A DNA stretch of 64,000 nt, from IMG/VR virus record IMGVR_UViG_3300028384_001589; one strand, written 5' to 3'. Below, piece by piece: positions 38,515 through 49,259 of this stretch. How positions within the stretch are numbered: position 1 is the first letter of the stretch; each line of letters starts with the position of its first letter. The DNA comes from an uncultured virus (IMG/VR IMGVR_UViG_3300028384_001589). Its lineage: Duplodnaviria; Heunggongvirae; Uroviricota; Caudoviricetes. A program made the translations under genes and the position numbers. Under the pieces are notes generated by a model. The model saw nothing but the letters and a program-made list of their open reading frames with translations. It ran no database searches and was not told the DNA's origin.

Positions 38515-39315
38515 TTAGTAGCCTCTAACGTAATGTTTGTTAGGATCGTATCCTGCATTTCTAATAGCATCTCCAATATCGTTATAGTGTTTTGTTTGTT
38601 CTAATACTTTTTGCATTTTCTCTGCAAATTTTCTATCTATTTGCAAATTAACTTTAGGACTGATTCTTTCTTTAAGCCAATTGTAATACATCATTGGAGT
38701 AGGGTGATAATCAATAGTAGGTTCCTCACCTAAGTCGCCTAAACGTGCACCTACAAAACTTAATCTTGAGTCACAGTTCTTTACAGTCCACCCATACATA
38801 TCATCTGGTACCCAATAATTGTTCATGAATATTTTTTCATAGCCTTTGTACTTCTGCACTTCTGGTCTTAGGTCTGTACCAAATGTCATTATAATTCTAC
38901 ATTTTGTATTTCTTGCTAATGCAACAGCACCGTGAATATAGTTTAGTGTGTGCATTTCAAAACTTTGTTCATTCCAAATTTTATTAATAACAAATGCTTT
39001 CAAAGGATCAGCACCTGTGTCTGTGAATATGTTACCACCTGGATACCAACTTTCAGGCAATTGATTATCCCATATGTGCTGATCAAATCTATGAATATCT
39101 GTCCATTGAATTATAATTGTATCCCTACTTGACAAATTCATAGTAGCAACTGCTTCAGAAAACCTTTCAAAGATCTGTCTATTGCCGGCACCTCTGTTGG
39201 CCCAGTTATAAAATTCTTCATAACTCTGTCCTAAGATATCTGCCCATGTCGGCCAATGATACCTTGTTAAACTACAACCAAATGTAATTAATCTTTCACC
39301 TTTAATTGCCGCCAT
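38515..39315 (-). CDS. SGNH/GDSL-like hypothetical protein
   Basis: TFGCSLT, N.A..GAGN, DYHP. Confidence 0.6.
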   Translation of the reverse strand: MAAIKGERLITFGCSLTRYHWPTWADILGQSYEEFYNWANRGAGNRQIFERFSEAVATMNLSSRDTIIIQWTDIHRFDQHIWDNQLPESWYPGGNIFTDTGADPLKAFVINKIWNEQSFEMHTLNYIHGAVALARNTKCRIIMTFGTDLRPEVQKYKGYEKIFMNNYWVPDDMYGWTVKNCDSRLSFVGARLGDLGEEPTIDYHPTPMMYYNWLKERISPKVNLQIDRKFAEKMQKVLEQTKHYNDIGDAIRNAGYDPNKHYVRGY

Positions 39316-39748
39316 GATATTCCTCTATAAATTTTTCAACATCTTTCTTTTTGTTTAGTTGCACTAACATTGCAATTTCATCTGCTTTCATATTAGGAAA
39401 AACTTTTTCAAGTTCTTTACCTAACTTATTTGTGTTGGCGCCTTTCTTTTTATATCCAATCCATTCGTGGTATTGGATTTTCTTTTCTGCACTTGAAGTC
39501 ATGCACAATAGTTGCCATAACAGTTTCTGATGTTTAGCAATAGTAAAATAGTTTTTATTGTAGTATTCGTTTGTTTTGAATACAGCAAGTTCTTGACTTT
39601 CGCGTTTACCTTTTACTGAACTACAATATCTATTCAACAAATAAAAACTAACCTGTTTGCGTTCGTCATCAGACAATTCGTCCCAAACGTTCTTTGCACC
39701 CATATCAATTGCGGCCAGTATATCTTTTAAAGGTAATTTATTCTTCAT
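39302..39748 (-). CDS. putative clamp-loader small subunit (gp62-like)
   Basis: Size, FYLLNRY.S and H.KLLWQLL patterns, replication context. Confidence 0.5.
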   Translation of the reverse strand: MKNKLPLKDILAAIDMGAKNVWDELSDDERKQVSFYLLNRYCSSVKGKRESQELAVFKTNEYYNKNYFTIAKHQKLLWQLLCMTSSAEKKIQYHEWIGYKKKGANTNKLGKELEKVFPNMKADEIAMLVQLNKKKDVEKFIEEYHGGN

Positions 39749-40316
39749 TTAATTTTGTCTCTATGCTGTATGTCATTCCTATACTAACACGTAATGGAAC
39801 AGTTGTCACGTCCATAGTGTGCCAATAATGTGCAGGAAATAAAATTGCATTTCCTTTTTTGTATTTTGTTCTTTTCATTTCAGTTTTGCCTTCGTCTGAA
39901 AAGAATACAGTATCTCCATCCGCATCGTTTACATAATATACAAATGTCCAAAGTCCAGGCTGTCCGTTTCTCACATCATTGTGTGGACCATAATATACAC
40001 CTTGCACAGTGCCATTCAATCTTGTTCTTGTTACTTGGTTAATCTGTGCATCTGGAATTGTGTTTGGAATAATTTCTCGTGTCAATGCAGTATGTAATAA
40101 TTTTGTAAGTTCTTTATGATCGTCGAGTATGTTGCTTTGTGTACAGAACATTACATTGGTAAACAGTGCTGGCGTTCTGTAGTTTAATCCTTCTTCGTGT
40201 TCTTCTGGTACATTAACAAACTGCCAATTAACATCTTTGGTTTGATCTTCAATATACTGTACCATCCAATCAGGAAATGGGTTTTCAATTTCAAATATTC
40301 TATTAGGATCTCTCAT
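39738..40316 (-). CDS. 2OG-Fe(II) oxygenase-like protein
   Basis: PHND, VYYVNDADGDTVFF, FPAHYWH...R. Confidence 0.8.
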   Translation of the reverse strand: MRDPNRIFEIENPFPDWMVQYIEDQTKDVNWQFVNVPEEHEEGLNYRTPALFTNVMFCTQSNILDDHKELTKLLHTALTREIIPNTIPDAQINQVTRTRLNGTVQGVYYGPHNDVRNGQPGLWTFVYYVNDADGDTVFFSDEGKTEMKRTKYKKGNAILFPAHYWHTMDVTTVPLRVSIGMTYSIETKLNEE

Positions 40317-40543
40317 TACCAGTTACTTTCTTTTATAAGATTATACATTAATTTTAACTTCTTTAGTTGTATTTGTAAAGACTTATTTCCTTCATTTGCA
40401 TAATCTACTATTTCGCTTATTTCTACTTCGTCCAAATGCCAATCTGGATAAATTGGTTTTTCTATAAGAATACGGTCCCCGGTTTTAGTATCACGTTCGT
40501 AAACTGTTTTACCTCCGTCTGGGGACTCGTATATCTTAACCAT
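40316..40543 (-). CDS. hypothetical protein (YESPDGGKTVY type)
   Basis: ORF track. Confidence 0.7.
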   Translation of the reverse strand: MVKIYESPDGGKTVYERDTKTGDRILIEKPIYPDWHLDEVEISEIVDYANEGNKSLQIQLKKLKLMYNLIKESNW

Positions 40544-40546
40544 GTG

Positions 40547-41167
40547 CTATACCTTTGCACCTACCTTATTTCTAAGATAAGCAAGTAGCACACCATATGC
40601 TGGTAGGAACACAATTAGTCCTACTACAATCTTAGTCAGCGTGTTGTTGAATGCTACACTGTGTACCCACGGCGCAGGATAAAACGCTGTATAGAAGAAA
40701 GTGTACGTATCAATAATGTTTGCCGCAATAGTTGAAATTGCTGGCGCCGCCCACCATGCTTCTGTATAACGCTCTCTAATGTGCTGGAATACATATACGT
40801 CAAGCATTGTACCAACTGCATATGCAGTACCTGATGCAATACCTACTCTGTATGCGTGTTCATCGCCAAGTGCTAATAGTACAAGCACCGATGCAACAAT
40901 CGCAGGAATAATAGCCATTGCTACAACAGCACGACCTGCTTCTTTACCAACAAGACGTACAGTCAAGTCAGTAGCAACAACCACGATCGGAAATGTAAAT
41001 GCCGCCGCCGCAAGTGGAAACGAACCAAACAATGGTAAGTCTGCGCCAGGGAAAACATCAAATCTAATTGTTACCAAGTAATTACTTACAGCAATTACAA
41101 GTGTGTGTAGAATTACTAATTTGCTTACAAGAGCCTTGTCTACACCTTCTAACATTTTAGTGAACAT
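40547..41167 (-). CDS. yhhQ: queuosine precursor transporter, VUT/YhhQ family
   Basis: H.LVIAVSNYLV, AFTFP....ATDLTVRL.G, R..IAS..AY..G..LDVYVF, WWAAP..ST...N.IDT..F. Confidence 0.88.
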   Translation of the reverse strand: MFTKMLEGVDKALVSKLVILHTLVIAVSNYLVTIRFDVFPGADLPLFGSFPLAAAAFTFPIVVVATDLTVRLVGKEAGRAVVAMAIIPAIVASVLVLLALGDEHAYRVGIASGTAYAVGTMLDVYVFQHIRERYTEAWWAAPAISTIAANIIDTYTFFYTAFYPAPWVHSVAFNNTLTKIVVGLIVFLPAYGVLLAYLRNKVGAKV

Positions 41168-41187
41168 AGAGTTCCTCCTTATTTTTG

Positions 41188-41544
41188 TTACTTCACTTTT
41201 GTACCGACAGTACGTCTCACAATATCATCATGATTAAATTCTGCCCAATACAATTCAAAGGCAACACCATCTTCGATGCCTTCGAATTGATGAACTTTAC
41301 CAGGCTTAACCTGAGTAAATTCACCTGGACCAAGAATAGTTTCATCAACTAATCCATCTTGGTCATCCTGCCAAACACGGACAAGCATTTTGCCCGATTC
41401 GACAAAGAATCCATTCCATTTATATTTGTGTTCATGTTCTGAACACTTGAAACCTTTTTTAAATTCAATACGGTGAAATTCTAATACACCGTTAGCATGG
41501 ATCAATTCAGTTTGACCCCATATCTTTCCTGCTTTCATTGTCAT
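41188..41544 (-). CDS. cupin-fold protein
   Basis: CSEHEH..KWNGFFVESG, VKPGKVHQF. Confidence 0.75.
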   Translation of the reverse strand: MTMKAGKIWGQTELIHANGVLEFHRIEFKKGFKCSEHEHKYKWNGFFVESGKMLVRVWQDDQDGLVDETILGPGEFTQVKPGKVHQFEGIEDGVAFELYWAEFNHDDIVRRTVGTKVK

Positions 41545-42254
41545 TTGCCTTTCCTCTTCATACGCTTAATAAACTTTGCATAACTGCCAACACCCATCAT
41601 TAAACTGTTTAACTTGTTAAGTTCTTGTGTGGTTACAAGATGACAGTTTAGTTTTATTCGTTTGTCAGTTAAAGGTATGAGATGCAACCAAGGATCACCG
41701 GGTTCAATAGTAAGTTCTGTATTAAAAGGAACCATTAGGTTAACAATAGTTGCGTGTTGATATTTGAATTCGCTAATCGCCGGAACAGTCCAGTACTTCA
41801 AAGGATTGTCTTGATGCCATTGTGGACTTGTCCATATCCAGTCTATTCCGCTCTTGTCTTGTATTTGCCAAGGACTCATTACCTTGCCATGCCACATATT
41901 TGGTTTGTGGTGTGCGTAGTCTTGTGGATCATGAGGAATAATAGGACTGTTCTCTGGATAGGTTTGCACCATTGCATGATCTGTTGTGTCAAAGGTTTTT
42001 ACTTTTAATTGCATCCAAGCAGGAAATATTACTCCTGTTGTTAGCAGTTGGTTTACGTGTGGACAACGTTTTAGTGTTGCGTTGTCTAAACCTTGATAAG
42101 AATGACTGTCAAACTTTCTTGTCGCAGGCATCTTCTTCCACCAATCAGGCATCCAATCTTTTGCTAACATTGGTTCGTATGCGTCGTGGATTACTCGTTG
42201 ATCAGTAAAACAATCTAATGTAACAGTTGAAGGTTTTTTCCAAATACTAAACAT
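41541..42254 (-). CDS. hypothetical protein
   Basis: ORF track. Confidence 0.7.
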   Translation of the reverse strand: MFSIWKKPSTVTLDCFTDQRVIHDAYEPMLAKDWMPDWWKKMPATRKFDSHSYQGLDNATLKRCPHVNQLLTTGVIFPAWMQLKVKTFDTTDHAMVQTYPENSPIIPHDPQDYAHHKPNMWHGKVMSPWQIQDKSGIDWIWTSPQWHQDNPLKYWTVPAISEFKYQHATIVNLMVPFNTELTIEPGDPWLHLIPLTDKRIKLNCHLVTTQELNKLNSLMMGVGSYAKFIKRMKRKGK

Positions 42255-42879
42255 CTTTTTCTATATGAGTGTTATCTAACTGAGGTGGTCTTTGCAATGC
42301 ACAATGCCAATTCATGCCCATTACAATTCGTCTTTCAGTGCTATTATTTTTTTGACTTCTATGACTTAACCAACCAGGAAAGAAAACAACATCTCCTTGT
42401 TTTACTTCTACCTCTGTGTAGTAATTATGTAATTTACTTTTGTTCTGTGCAAACCTTGGATAACCTGCAAACAGTGTTCTTTCTCTATTTTCAAATTCTA
42501 AGTTACCACCATTTTCTGGTTGTTGAATATACACACTACAAACAAGATGTGCGTCACCGTGATCATGTGAATCAGTCCATGCACCGTGGTAATGACTGTT
42601 TACCCAACTTTTAGTTACACCAAAACTATTAAAATTCAAATCCCATTCTTTTAAAACTTGTTCTGCTCTTACTCTTAACCATTTATGCAACACTGCCATT
42701 TCAGGCCATAGATGAGGTGCATCAAGATGTCCGGTGCTTGTAATACCTCCATCTTGTTCTACTTCACCTTCGTCAATAATTGTATCAAGTAACTTTGCAC
42801 TTCTGGTTGCAATAGCACTTAGATCTAACGGACAGTTTGTTTTGTAAACCAAGTTAGGAGAAATGTAAATTGGATCCAT
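42247..42879 (-). CDS. putative 2OG-Fe(II) oxygenase (TIGR02466-like)
   Basis: SWVN...HDH, SVYI, GDVVFFPGWLSH, RIV. Confidence 0.8.
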   Translation of the reverse strand: MDPIYISPNLVYKTNCPLDLSAIATRSAKLLDTIIDEGEVEQDGGITSTGHLDAPHLWPEMAVLHKWLRVRAEQVLKEWDLNFNSFGVTKSWVNSHYHGAWTDSHDHGDAHLVCSVYIQQPENGGNLEFENRERTLFAGYPRFAQNKSKLHNYYTEVEVKQGDVVFFPGWLSHRSQKNNSTERRIVMGMNWHCALQRPPQLDNTHIEKDV

Positions 42880-43412
42880 TACTTTACTAACTCCATTATA
42901 ATCTTTTTCTTTTTCTCATTAAAAACATTTTTGGTAATTTTAACATTAGGCATCTGTGTTTCAATCTTACTTGTCCACCATTCTTGATCTGCAAGAATAA
43001 GATGTGCGTTTCTTCCATCTGCTAAAAATTTCCTTGCAGGTACTGTATCAATAATTAGAAATGCACTTTTATTAAACAGTCCTTGTATATGTTGTAAAAC
43101 ATTATCAATGTACTTGGGCTCTATATGTTCAAGAACGTCAGTACATATAAGTGCATCATATGTTCCTGTTGGCAACTCTTTGAATGCATCAATGCCTGGA
43201 TCATAACCTGTAAACTCACAAGCAGGATATTTTTCTTGTAGGTTAAACATAAGTTGACCTTTGCCACAACCATAGTCTACAAGAGATTTAGGTTGTGTTT
43301 TTTCAAACCAGTTTAGTAACCCTTTATATTTTCCTGCTGTACCAAAACTTTTTTTAAAGTGATGCAGTTTGTATAATTGATTTACATAATGATCTGAAAT
43401 TAACTTTGTCAT
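42879..43412 (-). CDS. class I SAM-dependent methyltransferase
   Basis: LVDYGCGKG, YDP, CTDVLEHIEP. Confidence 0.85.
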   Translation of the reverse strand: MTKLISDHYVNQLYKLHHFKKSFGTAGKYKGLLNWFEKTQPKSLVDYGCGKGQLMFNLQEKYPACEFTGYDPGIDAFKELPTGTYDALICTDVLEHIEPKYIDNVLQHIQGLFNKSAFLIIDTVPARKFLADGRNAHLILADQEWWTSKIETQMPNVKITKNVFNEKKKKIIMELVK

Positions 43413-43918
43413 TAAAACAACTCTCCATAGTCAATAGTTTCTATTTGTCTACTAATGTCTTTTATAAAAAATGCACACATAGGATTTTCACCTTCGGTGA
43501 TAGGTACACTTAATAACTGTCCATTTTTAGTTTTAGGTACGTGCCATTTTACATCATTGTAAAAGTTAATTACTTTTAAATCTGCAAAGTCTGGCTTGTA
43601 ACTTTTTAATGGGTTAAAAATAAATGCTTCAAATCCTCTGTCGTTGATTGACGTTAGTGGAAGTACTTCTAAGTCGTTGCCACTTTCACTATCGCCTACT
43701 GCAATATGCCAATCAAGTGGCATACTGATTTCTTTACCGCCGATTTCTAAAACAATCGCAGGTGAACTAAATGATTCTAAAAAGATCAAAGGAATAAAAA
43801 AGAAATCAGGATTTTGTGGATCACTATTATCCAACACACTGAATCTAATATCTTCCTCAATTTGTTCAGGCAAATTGTTTAATGAAAAGGCTTTATTTTC
43901 TAATGTTAATATATTCAT
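43412..43918 (-). CDS. hypothetical protein next to uvsW
   Basis: ORF track. Confidence 0.7.
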   Translation of the reverse strand: MNILTLENKAFSLNNLPEQIEEDIRFSVLDNSDPQNPDFFFIPLIFLESFSSPAIVLEIGGKEISMPLDWHIAVGDSESGNDLEVLPLTSINDRGFEAFIFNPLKSYKPDFADLKVINFYNDVKWHVPKTKNGQLLSVPITEGENPMCAFFIKDISRQIETIDYGELF

Positions 43919-43927
43919 TATCGTCCT

Positions 43928-45385
43928 TTATGATTGCCAATCTACTTTTTCTAAAGTAAATGGATATTGTGCTTCTTTATAGAATTTTTTACGCTGTGTC
44001 AAATGACGCTTTGCGTACTTACAAGTACTTGTAATATCCCATATCTGTACGAAGTCTTTGTCTTTTGCCTTTCTAACGCCTCTGCCTATTGATTGAATTA
44101 CTCTTACAAATGATTTGCCTGGTTCTAATAATACTAAGTTGAAAATACGTGGAATATTAATACCAACAGCGGCTACACCGTATGTTGCAATAATAACTCT
44201 GTTTGTACCTTCTTTAATTTCGTCATATGCTTCTTTTCTATCATCTAACTTTACATCGCCTTTGATAAACACTGCTTCTGGTATTAGTTCAAGCAGTTGC
44301 TCTCCTGCTGATATCCTGTCAACAAGAATAAGTGTATTTCCGCTTTGTGAAATACTGTTTGCTAATTTTCCTATGTATCCTACACGGTCCTCGTTGGTTA
44401 CAAGATACTTTAGTTCGCTTTGATAATCTCTGTGTTCTACAGTATCCATTAGTTGTACAATGTTTACGTGACACTGTGATAACACACCTTTGTCTTGTAA
44501 TTCCTTTGCACTGATTTGACCAATTACAGGACCAAGGCTTGCAAGTATACTTTGGAATTCAAATTGTTCTTTAGGCACAGTTCCTGTAAGTCCCCAACGT
44601 ATCGGAGCATTTTTTAAATTTTGTGTAAGCAATCTTTTAAGTACATCTGCTTTTGCTTGGTGTACTTCGTCAACAATAATAGTTTCAATGCCATCTAAAA
44701 ATTCTGCAAGTGTAAGTGTATCTTCATAGTTCTTGCTTTTCTTATCAAGTATGTTTAAACTTTGCCAAGTACAAATTGTATGTGTTCTACCTAATTCTTT
44801 TCTATCGCCAAAGTAAACACCTACGTCTAATCCGCAGTTGACATAATCTTCTTCTGTTTGTGTTACAAGACTTTTGTTTGGAACAATTACAAGTGTGCGT
44901 CCTAACTTTTCTGTAACATGAGAAAGAACTGCTGTAATAATAGTTTTACCTGCACCAGTTGCAACTTCTTGTAGTGCTTGTGGATTTTCTAAAAAGTTAT
45001 TGACAACTTCAACTTGGTAATCACGTAGAATAATCGGTTCGCCTTCTGCTGGATGACCTTTTGGCCAACTGCGACTTGCAAAGTAGTTTTTATCAATCTT
45101 ACTAAATTTAAGATTGTGTTTTACTCTGTGATCGTCAATCTCATCTACTTCAACACCTTGTTCATGCAGTACTTGAAGTATAGTGTCAAGATGATTAATA
45201 TACCCACTGCCGCCAAGGCCAAAGAATCCTACAGTGCCGTCCCAACGCCCAAGTTTATACTGTGGCAAGTAACGTGCATAAGGAACTTGAAACTTTAGTT
45301 TGTTCGCAATCTTTCTGCGAACGTCAACAGGCAGTCCTTCTACTTTGAGATTTACTTCATCATGTAATACTATTCTACATCTCAT
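43928..45385 (-). CDS. uvsW: UvsW-like SF2 DNA helicase
   Basis: LRDYQ, ATGAGKT, DEVH, GLTGT, QSIGRGVR. Confidence 0.92.
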   Translation of the reverse strand: MRCRIVLHDEVNLKVEGLPVDVRRKIANKLKFQVPYARYLPQYKLGRWDGTVGFFGLGGSGYINHLDTILQVLHEQGVEVDEIDDHRVKHNLKFSKIDKNYFASRSWPKGHPAEGEPIILRDYQVEVVNNFLENPQALQEVATGAGKTIITAVLSHVTEKLGRTLVIVPNKSLVTQTEEDYVNCGLDVGVYFGDRKELGRTHTICTWQSLNILDKKSKNYEDTLTLAEFLDGIETIIVDEVHQAKADVLKRLLTQNLKNAPIRWGLTGTVPKEQFEFQSILASLGPVIGQISAKELQDKGVLSQCHVNIVQLMDTVEHRDYQSELKYLVTNEDRVGYIGKLANSISQSGNTLILVDRISAGEQLLELIPEAVFIKGDVKLDDRKEAYDEIKEGTNRVIIATYGVAAVGINIPRIFNLVLLEPGKSFVRVIQSIGRGVRKAKDKDFVQIWDITSTCKYAKRHLTQRKKFYKEAQYPFTLEKVDWQS

Positions 45386-46635
45386 AGTGTTGTGACTCCT
45401 GCATGATAATCGTCTTTTGTTTTTGTATATTGTGAAATAATACTATCCTCTTTGGTATAGTACAACTTAAGATCAAACTGTTCACAGTATGAAGAAAAAA
45501 TATTTCCGTAACCTCTGCTTTGTCCAAAAGTGAGCATACACACTGGTTGCCAGTTACTCTTAATAATAGGCTTTGTTATTTTCTTTCGATTTACGATTAC
45601 AATCTGAGTGTTATCGTCTATACTATTATTTAATCCCTTGTCTCTGATGAATTGGTTAAATTCACCATTGGTCTTATTATCCAATCTAAACATAACGGAA
45701 ATATTTTTAGTATTAATAAATCCTTTAACAGCATTATAAATTATCGTTAAATGATCTGTTGCACCAACATCAGGATCCAATGCAATTATAATTGGCAAAC
45801 GATCAATTTCGTATAATGAATTAAGCACTTGCTCGATATTCCAAACATCTGATCTAATAACCACACTTGAATTTTTTCGATTTAATATTTTTTGAGATAA
45901 AGGACTGTAGTCGCTAACATCAATGTTTTCAAAATAATGCAATCCGTATAAACGTCTTTTATCCCAAATGCTTACAATGTCATCTTTAACATTATATTTG
46001 TTTTCTAAATAAGTTTGCAGTTCTGCTGGTATGTTTACAAATTCGTTAGATCGGACACCGGGAATAATTGTATCTTTATTCATATCAAAATCAATTATTT
46101 GATTGTAATAGTCTTGCACCTGTGATTCAATATCAAATTTTTCTTTGAATTTATTTGCAATGTTCATTACTTTGAAAACATTAATTTCATTCCAAACAAA
46201 ATAATGAACGTGTCTATCATAGAAATAATCTGTGTCTGTGGTCTTTTTGAGATCGTTGATATGATCAATTACACTATTACTAAAAGGAAATCTTATACCA
46301 ATGTATGTGTTATTATCTTTTGTTAGAATCTTAACCCAATGACTTTTATCAACTTCTCTATATGCTTCTCTAAGTTTATCAAGATGATCAAAGACATCAA
46401 TGTTCACAGCCTGAAACTGATCAACATACCATTCAGTAAGTAGTTTCTTAACCAAATGATGTTGCTTTTCTGTCAATGCCTTACCTCTGAATACTTGAGT
46501 ACCAATGCTGTACAGTACTTTTGAGTTTTCAGGATATAGTTTAAAGTGTTTTTCTTTGTATGTTGAGCCTGGTACATTAACCAAACCAACAAGCATTTCG
46601 AGACAGTCTTCTATTGTGTATTCATTACGAGTCAT
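45382..46635 (-). CDS. hypothetical protein
   Basis: 417-aa ORF with its own TTGACT promoter. Confidence 0.75.
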   Translation of the reverse strand: MTRNEYTIEDCLEMLVGLVNVPGSTYKEKHFKLYPENSKVLYSIGTQVFRGKALTEKQHHLVKKLLTEWYVDQFQAVNIDVFDHLDKLREAYREVDKSHWVKILTKDNNTYIGIRFPFSNSVIDHINDLKKTTDTDYFYDRHVHYFVWNEINVFKVMNIANKFKEKFDIESQVQDYYNQIIDFDMNKDTIIPGVRSNEFVNIPAELQTYLENKYNVKDDIVSIWDKRRLYGLHYFENIDVSDYSPLSQKILNRKNSSVVIRSDVWNIEQVLNSLYEIDRLPIIIALDPDVGATDHLTIIYNAVKGFINTKNISVMFRLDNKTNGEFNQFIRDKGLNNSIDDNTQIVIVNRKKITKPIIKSNWQPVCMLTFGQSRGYGNIFSSYCEQFDLKLYYTKEDSIISQYTKTKDDYHAGVTTL

Positions 46636-46669
46636 AACTTTTTCCTCTAAGTCTGTATATTATACAACA

Positions 46670-47515
46670 CTATAGGAAAGAAGTCAAGCGTTTTAGTTGA
46701 ATTCCTTGAGAAATTTCTGGCACACTCCATTCAGTGTATGCCAAATCGTTTAACCATTGTTGCCTGTCAGGCTTGTTTGGATTGTTGTAATCTCCAAAGA
46801 TTGGATTACCAACGTCATAACTTAGACTGTGTTCACTTACATATACTGGAACACCGTTGATTACTGCTTCAGTTGCAGGATTACTTGACCAATTTACTAA
46901 AGCATATGTGTTGTCTAAGTTTAGGTCAAAGTCGTCATATGTGCCTTCAATGTAGATTGGTTTTTGTAGCACAACATTATCAAACTCGTGTTCAATGCCA
47001 TTGAGTTTACATCTTGGATGAGGACGCACAACAATTCTTCTATTTGTTTGTGTTCTAATATGTTCTACTACATCTAACACCCAATTAACAATAGACGGTT
47101 GTGTTGCCCACTGTTCGCTTTTGTCATGCTGTGTGCAAATTAAAATATGTCCGTCTTGTTCTTTCCAAGGTTTTAGTCCGAGTCCGAGTTGTTGAGCCCG
47201 ACTGCTATCATTACCACTATTGCCAAAGACAGCATCTCTATTGATTCCATTTATTCCTACCTTCCATAAAATATTTCTTTTGATTGCGCCAACTTCTAAA
47301 ACTATAACAGGTTTGTTCTTTGCTCTAAAAATGTCCCATACTTTTTTGTTACCTGTCATACGACCGTGCCATAACACACTCCAAATAACAGCAACGTCTG
47401 CATCATAAGAATTATACACTACTTCATGACCTTGTTGGCCACACCCTTGTGCAAATGCTTCAAACACAGGTTTAGAATTTAATGCTCCGTTGTCGGTGAA
47501 CAAACTAAACTTCAT
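46670..47515 (-). CDS. glycosyltransferase-like protein (capsule-biosynthesis-like GT-B)
   Basis: VRPHP, SSNPATEAVINGVPV, LAYTEW. Confidence 0.6.
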   Translation of the reverse strand: MKFSLFTDNGALNSKPVFEAFAQGCGQQGHEVVYNSYDADVAVIWSVLWHGRMTGNKKVWDIFRAKNKPVIVLEVGAIKRNILWKVGINGINRDAVFGNSGNDSSRAQQLGLGLKPWKEQDGHILICTQHDKSEQWATQPSIVNWVLDVVEHIRTQTNRRIVVRPHPRCKLNGIEHEFDNVVLQKPIYIEGTYDDFDLNLDNTYALVNWSSNPATEAVINGVPVYVSEHSLSYDVGNPIFGDYNNPNKPDRQQWLNDLAYTEWSVPEISQGIQLKRLTSFL

Positions 47516-48339
47516 TTAACTGTTTTCCAATAACCTTCATGACGTACTGTAAACAGATCTTTTTTACGACTCATTCCTTCTTTTTTACGAGCACCTTTTA
47601 GATGATCAAAGTATGCACCAAGTTCTGTATTAATCAAAGGATGTCCTTCTCCTTTAACAAGGTGTCCACTTAAATCATGAATCTCTGGATATGTTGTTCT
47701 TATCTTTTTAAGAACTTCGTCGAACACATAACTGTCATGCCATTCTTCCATTTTGAAAATGCCTTGTTCGGCTTCTTCGTATACACGTTCAAACTCTTTG
47801 AGGAATTCTTTTGCGGCAGTCTTTTGTATTTGCAATCCATAGAACCCGCACTCTGGCCATTTGTGTCCTCTGCCTAAGTAGGATAGCCAAGTGTGTTGAG
47901 GAAAGAAACTTACAAACTTGTCATAACTAATCGGACTATGACAAACAGTATCAGCATCCATCCATACAACTAAATCATATTCAGGATCTTCACAAGCATG
48001 GAACACTGCATATACTTTGTTAGCAAATCTAATAGCGTCCCATTTAAATTCCTTGTGCCAATCTCTTGGACGTCTTGCTTTAATATCTGGAGGACACACT
48101 CCGTTTGCCTTAGGTACATCTTTCCACTTTTGTTTGAATGCTTGTAATTTATCCAAGTTAGTTTCAGCACTAAACACAGCAATTCTATCATGCGGATCAT
48201 TTACTACAGGATCACAGTTTTCTGCATACACCCTTAGATCAATTTTTGGATCAACATTTTTACTAAAAGTATCCATAAAGCGTTGACCATATACTTCCAT
48301 GCCTTCTTTATGAAAAGTTGTTACTACAAGTATCTTCAT
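47512..48339 (-). CDS. GT-A glycosyltransferase-like protein
   Basis: RFANKV, WMDAD (DxD), WHDS. Confidence 0.7.
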   Translation of the reverse strand: MKILVVTTFHKEGMEVYGQRFMDTFSKNVDPKIDLRVYAENCDPVVNDPHDRIAVFSAETNLDKLQAFKQKWKDVPKANGVCPPDIKARRPRDWHKEFKWDAIRFANKVYAVFHACEDPEYDLVVWMDADTVCHSPISYDKFVSFFPQHTWLSYLGRGHKWPECGFYGLQIQKTAAKEFLKEFERVYEEAEQGIFKMEEWHDSYVFDEVLKKIRTTYPEIHDLSGHLVKGEGHPLINTELGAYFDHLKGARKKEGMSRKKDLFTVRHEGYWKTVK

Positions 48340-49259
48340 ACAAATCTCCTCATATGTTTCCAGCAACTTCCGTCTTTGAGTTCGTCAAGCCTCCAATGAC
48401 ACATTGCAAGTTTTTCTAACCAAGGACCTCTGTCAAAATCTTTTGGTGCGTGTAGATCTTTGAAAGATGTATGTGCAACTTCTTTTGCTTGACTTCTACC
48501 AGCATCTGTTAGAAACACTGGAACACCTTCAATAGCGGCAATAATACTTGGACTACTGTTGTGTCCTACTAATGCCCTTGCATTTCTTAGGTCGTCAAAC
48601 AAACTCTTTGAACGACTTGTAATTACATCAAGGTGTTTAATTTTTTGAGGATATGTGTCACGTTGTTTATCTCCAGGATGAAATCTTACGAGTATAGGAC
48701 TGTCAATTTCTGCTCTAATCATTTTTACAGTTTTTTCTAACCACTGTAACACATTTTGTCCTTGCATACTCCAACCGCCATCACGTTGACAAGCAATAAG
48801 AATATGACCGTCTGTTCTTTTCTTCCAAGGCTTAACTTCAATTCCTAAGTCCGATTTCATGCGATTCCAACGACCCGGGTCAACAAACTCAGGAGAATTA
48901 CAATATTCACCTGTGTTTGCAAATATACCATCATAACTATAACGCAAATAAGTTTTACTGTTGTTTTTATCATAGGCTAAAAATAAATTACTATCAACAA
49001 TAATACATCTTTTGCCTCGCTTAATTTGATTTTCGTAAATTAATCTACGTAATTTTAGATGTGGTGTTTGTTTGCTATTGGCGTGTACAAATCCCTGAAT
49101 GACAGCAACGTCAGTATCCATTGGGTGAAATGTATTTACGATTACACCCTTGTCACCAGACTTGTTTACACCTTCAATATAATTTTTCAGCAGTGCAGGT
49201 TTTTCAGGATTTGAATTTCCTGGAGGAATTACCTTCATGTAAGATGCTACTGTTAACAT
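48336..49259 (-). CDS. glycosyltransferase-like protein (paralog of 46670-47515)
   Basis: VRFHP, HNSSP...AAIEGVPVF, LAMCHW. Confidence 0.6.
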   Translation of the reverse strand: MLTVASYMKVIPPGNSNPEKPALLKNYIEGVNKSGDKGVIVNTFHPMDTDVAVIQGFVHANSKQTPHLKLRRLIYENQIKRGKRCIIVDSNLFLAYDKNNSKTYLRYSYDGIFANTGEYCNSPEFVDPGRWNRMKSDLGIEVKPWKKRTDGHILIACQRDGGWSMQGQNVLQWLEKTVKMIRAEIDSPILVRFHPGDKQRDTYPQKIKHLDVITSRSKSLFDDLRNARALVGHNSSPSIIAAIEGVPVFLTDAGRSQAKEVAHTSFKDLHAPKDFDRGPWLEKLAMCHWRLDELKDGSCWKHMRRFV

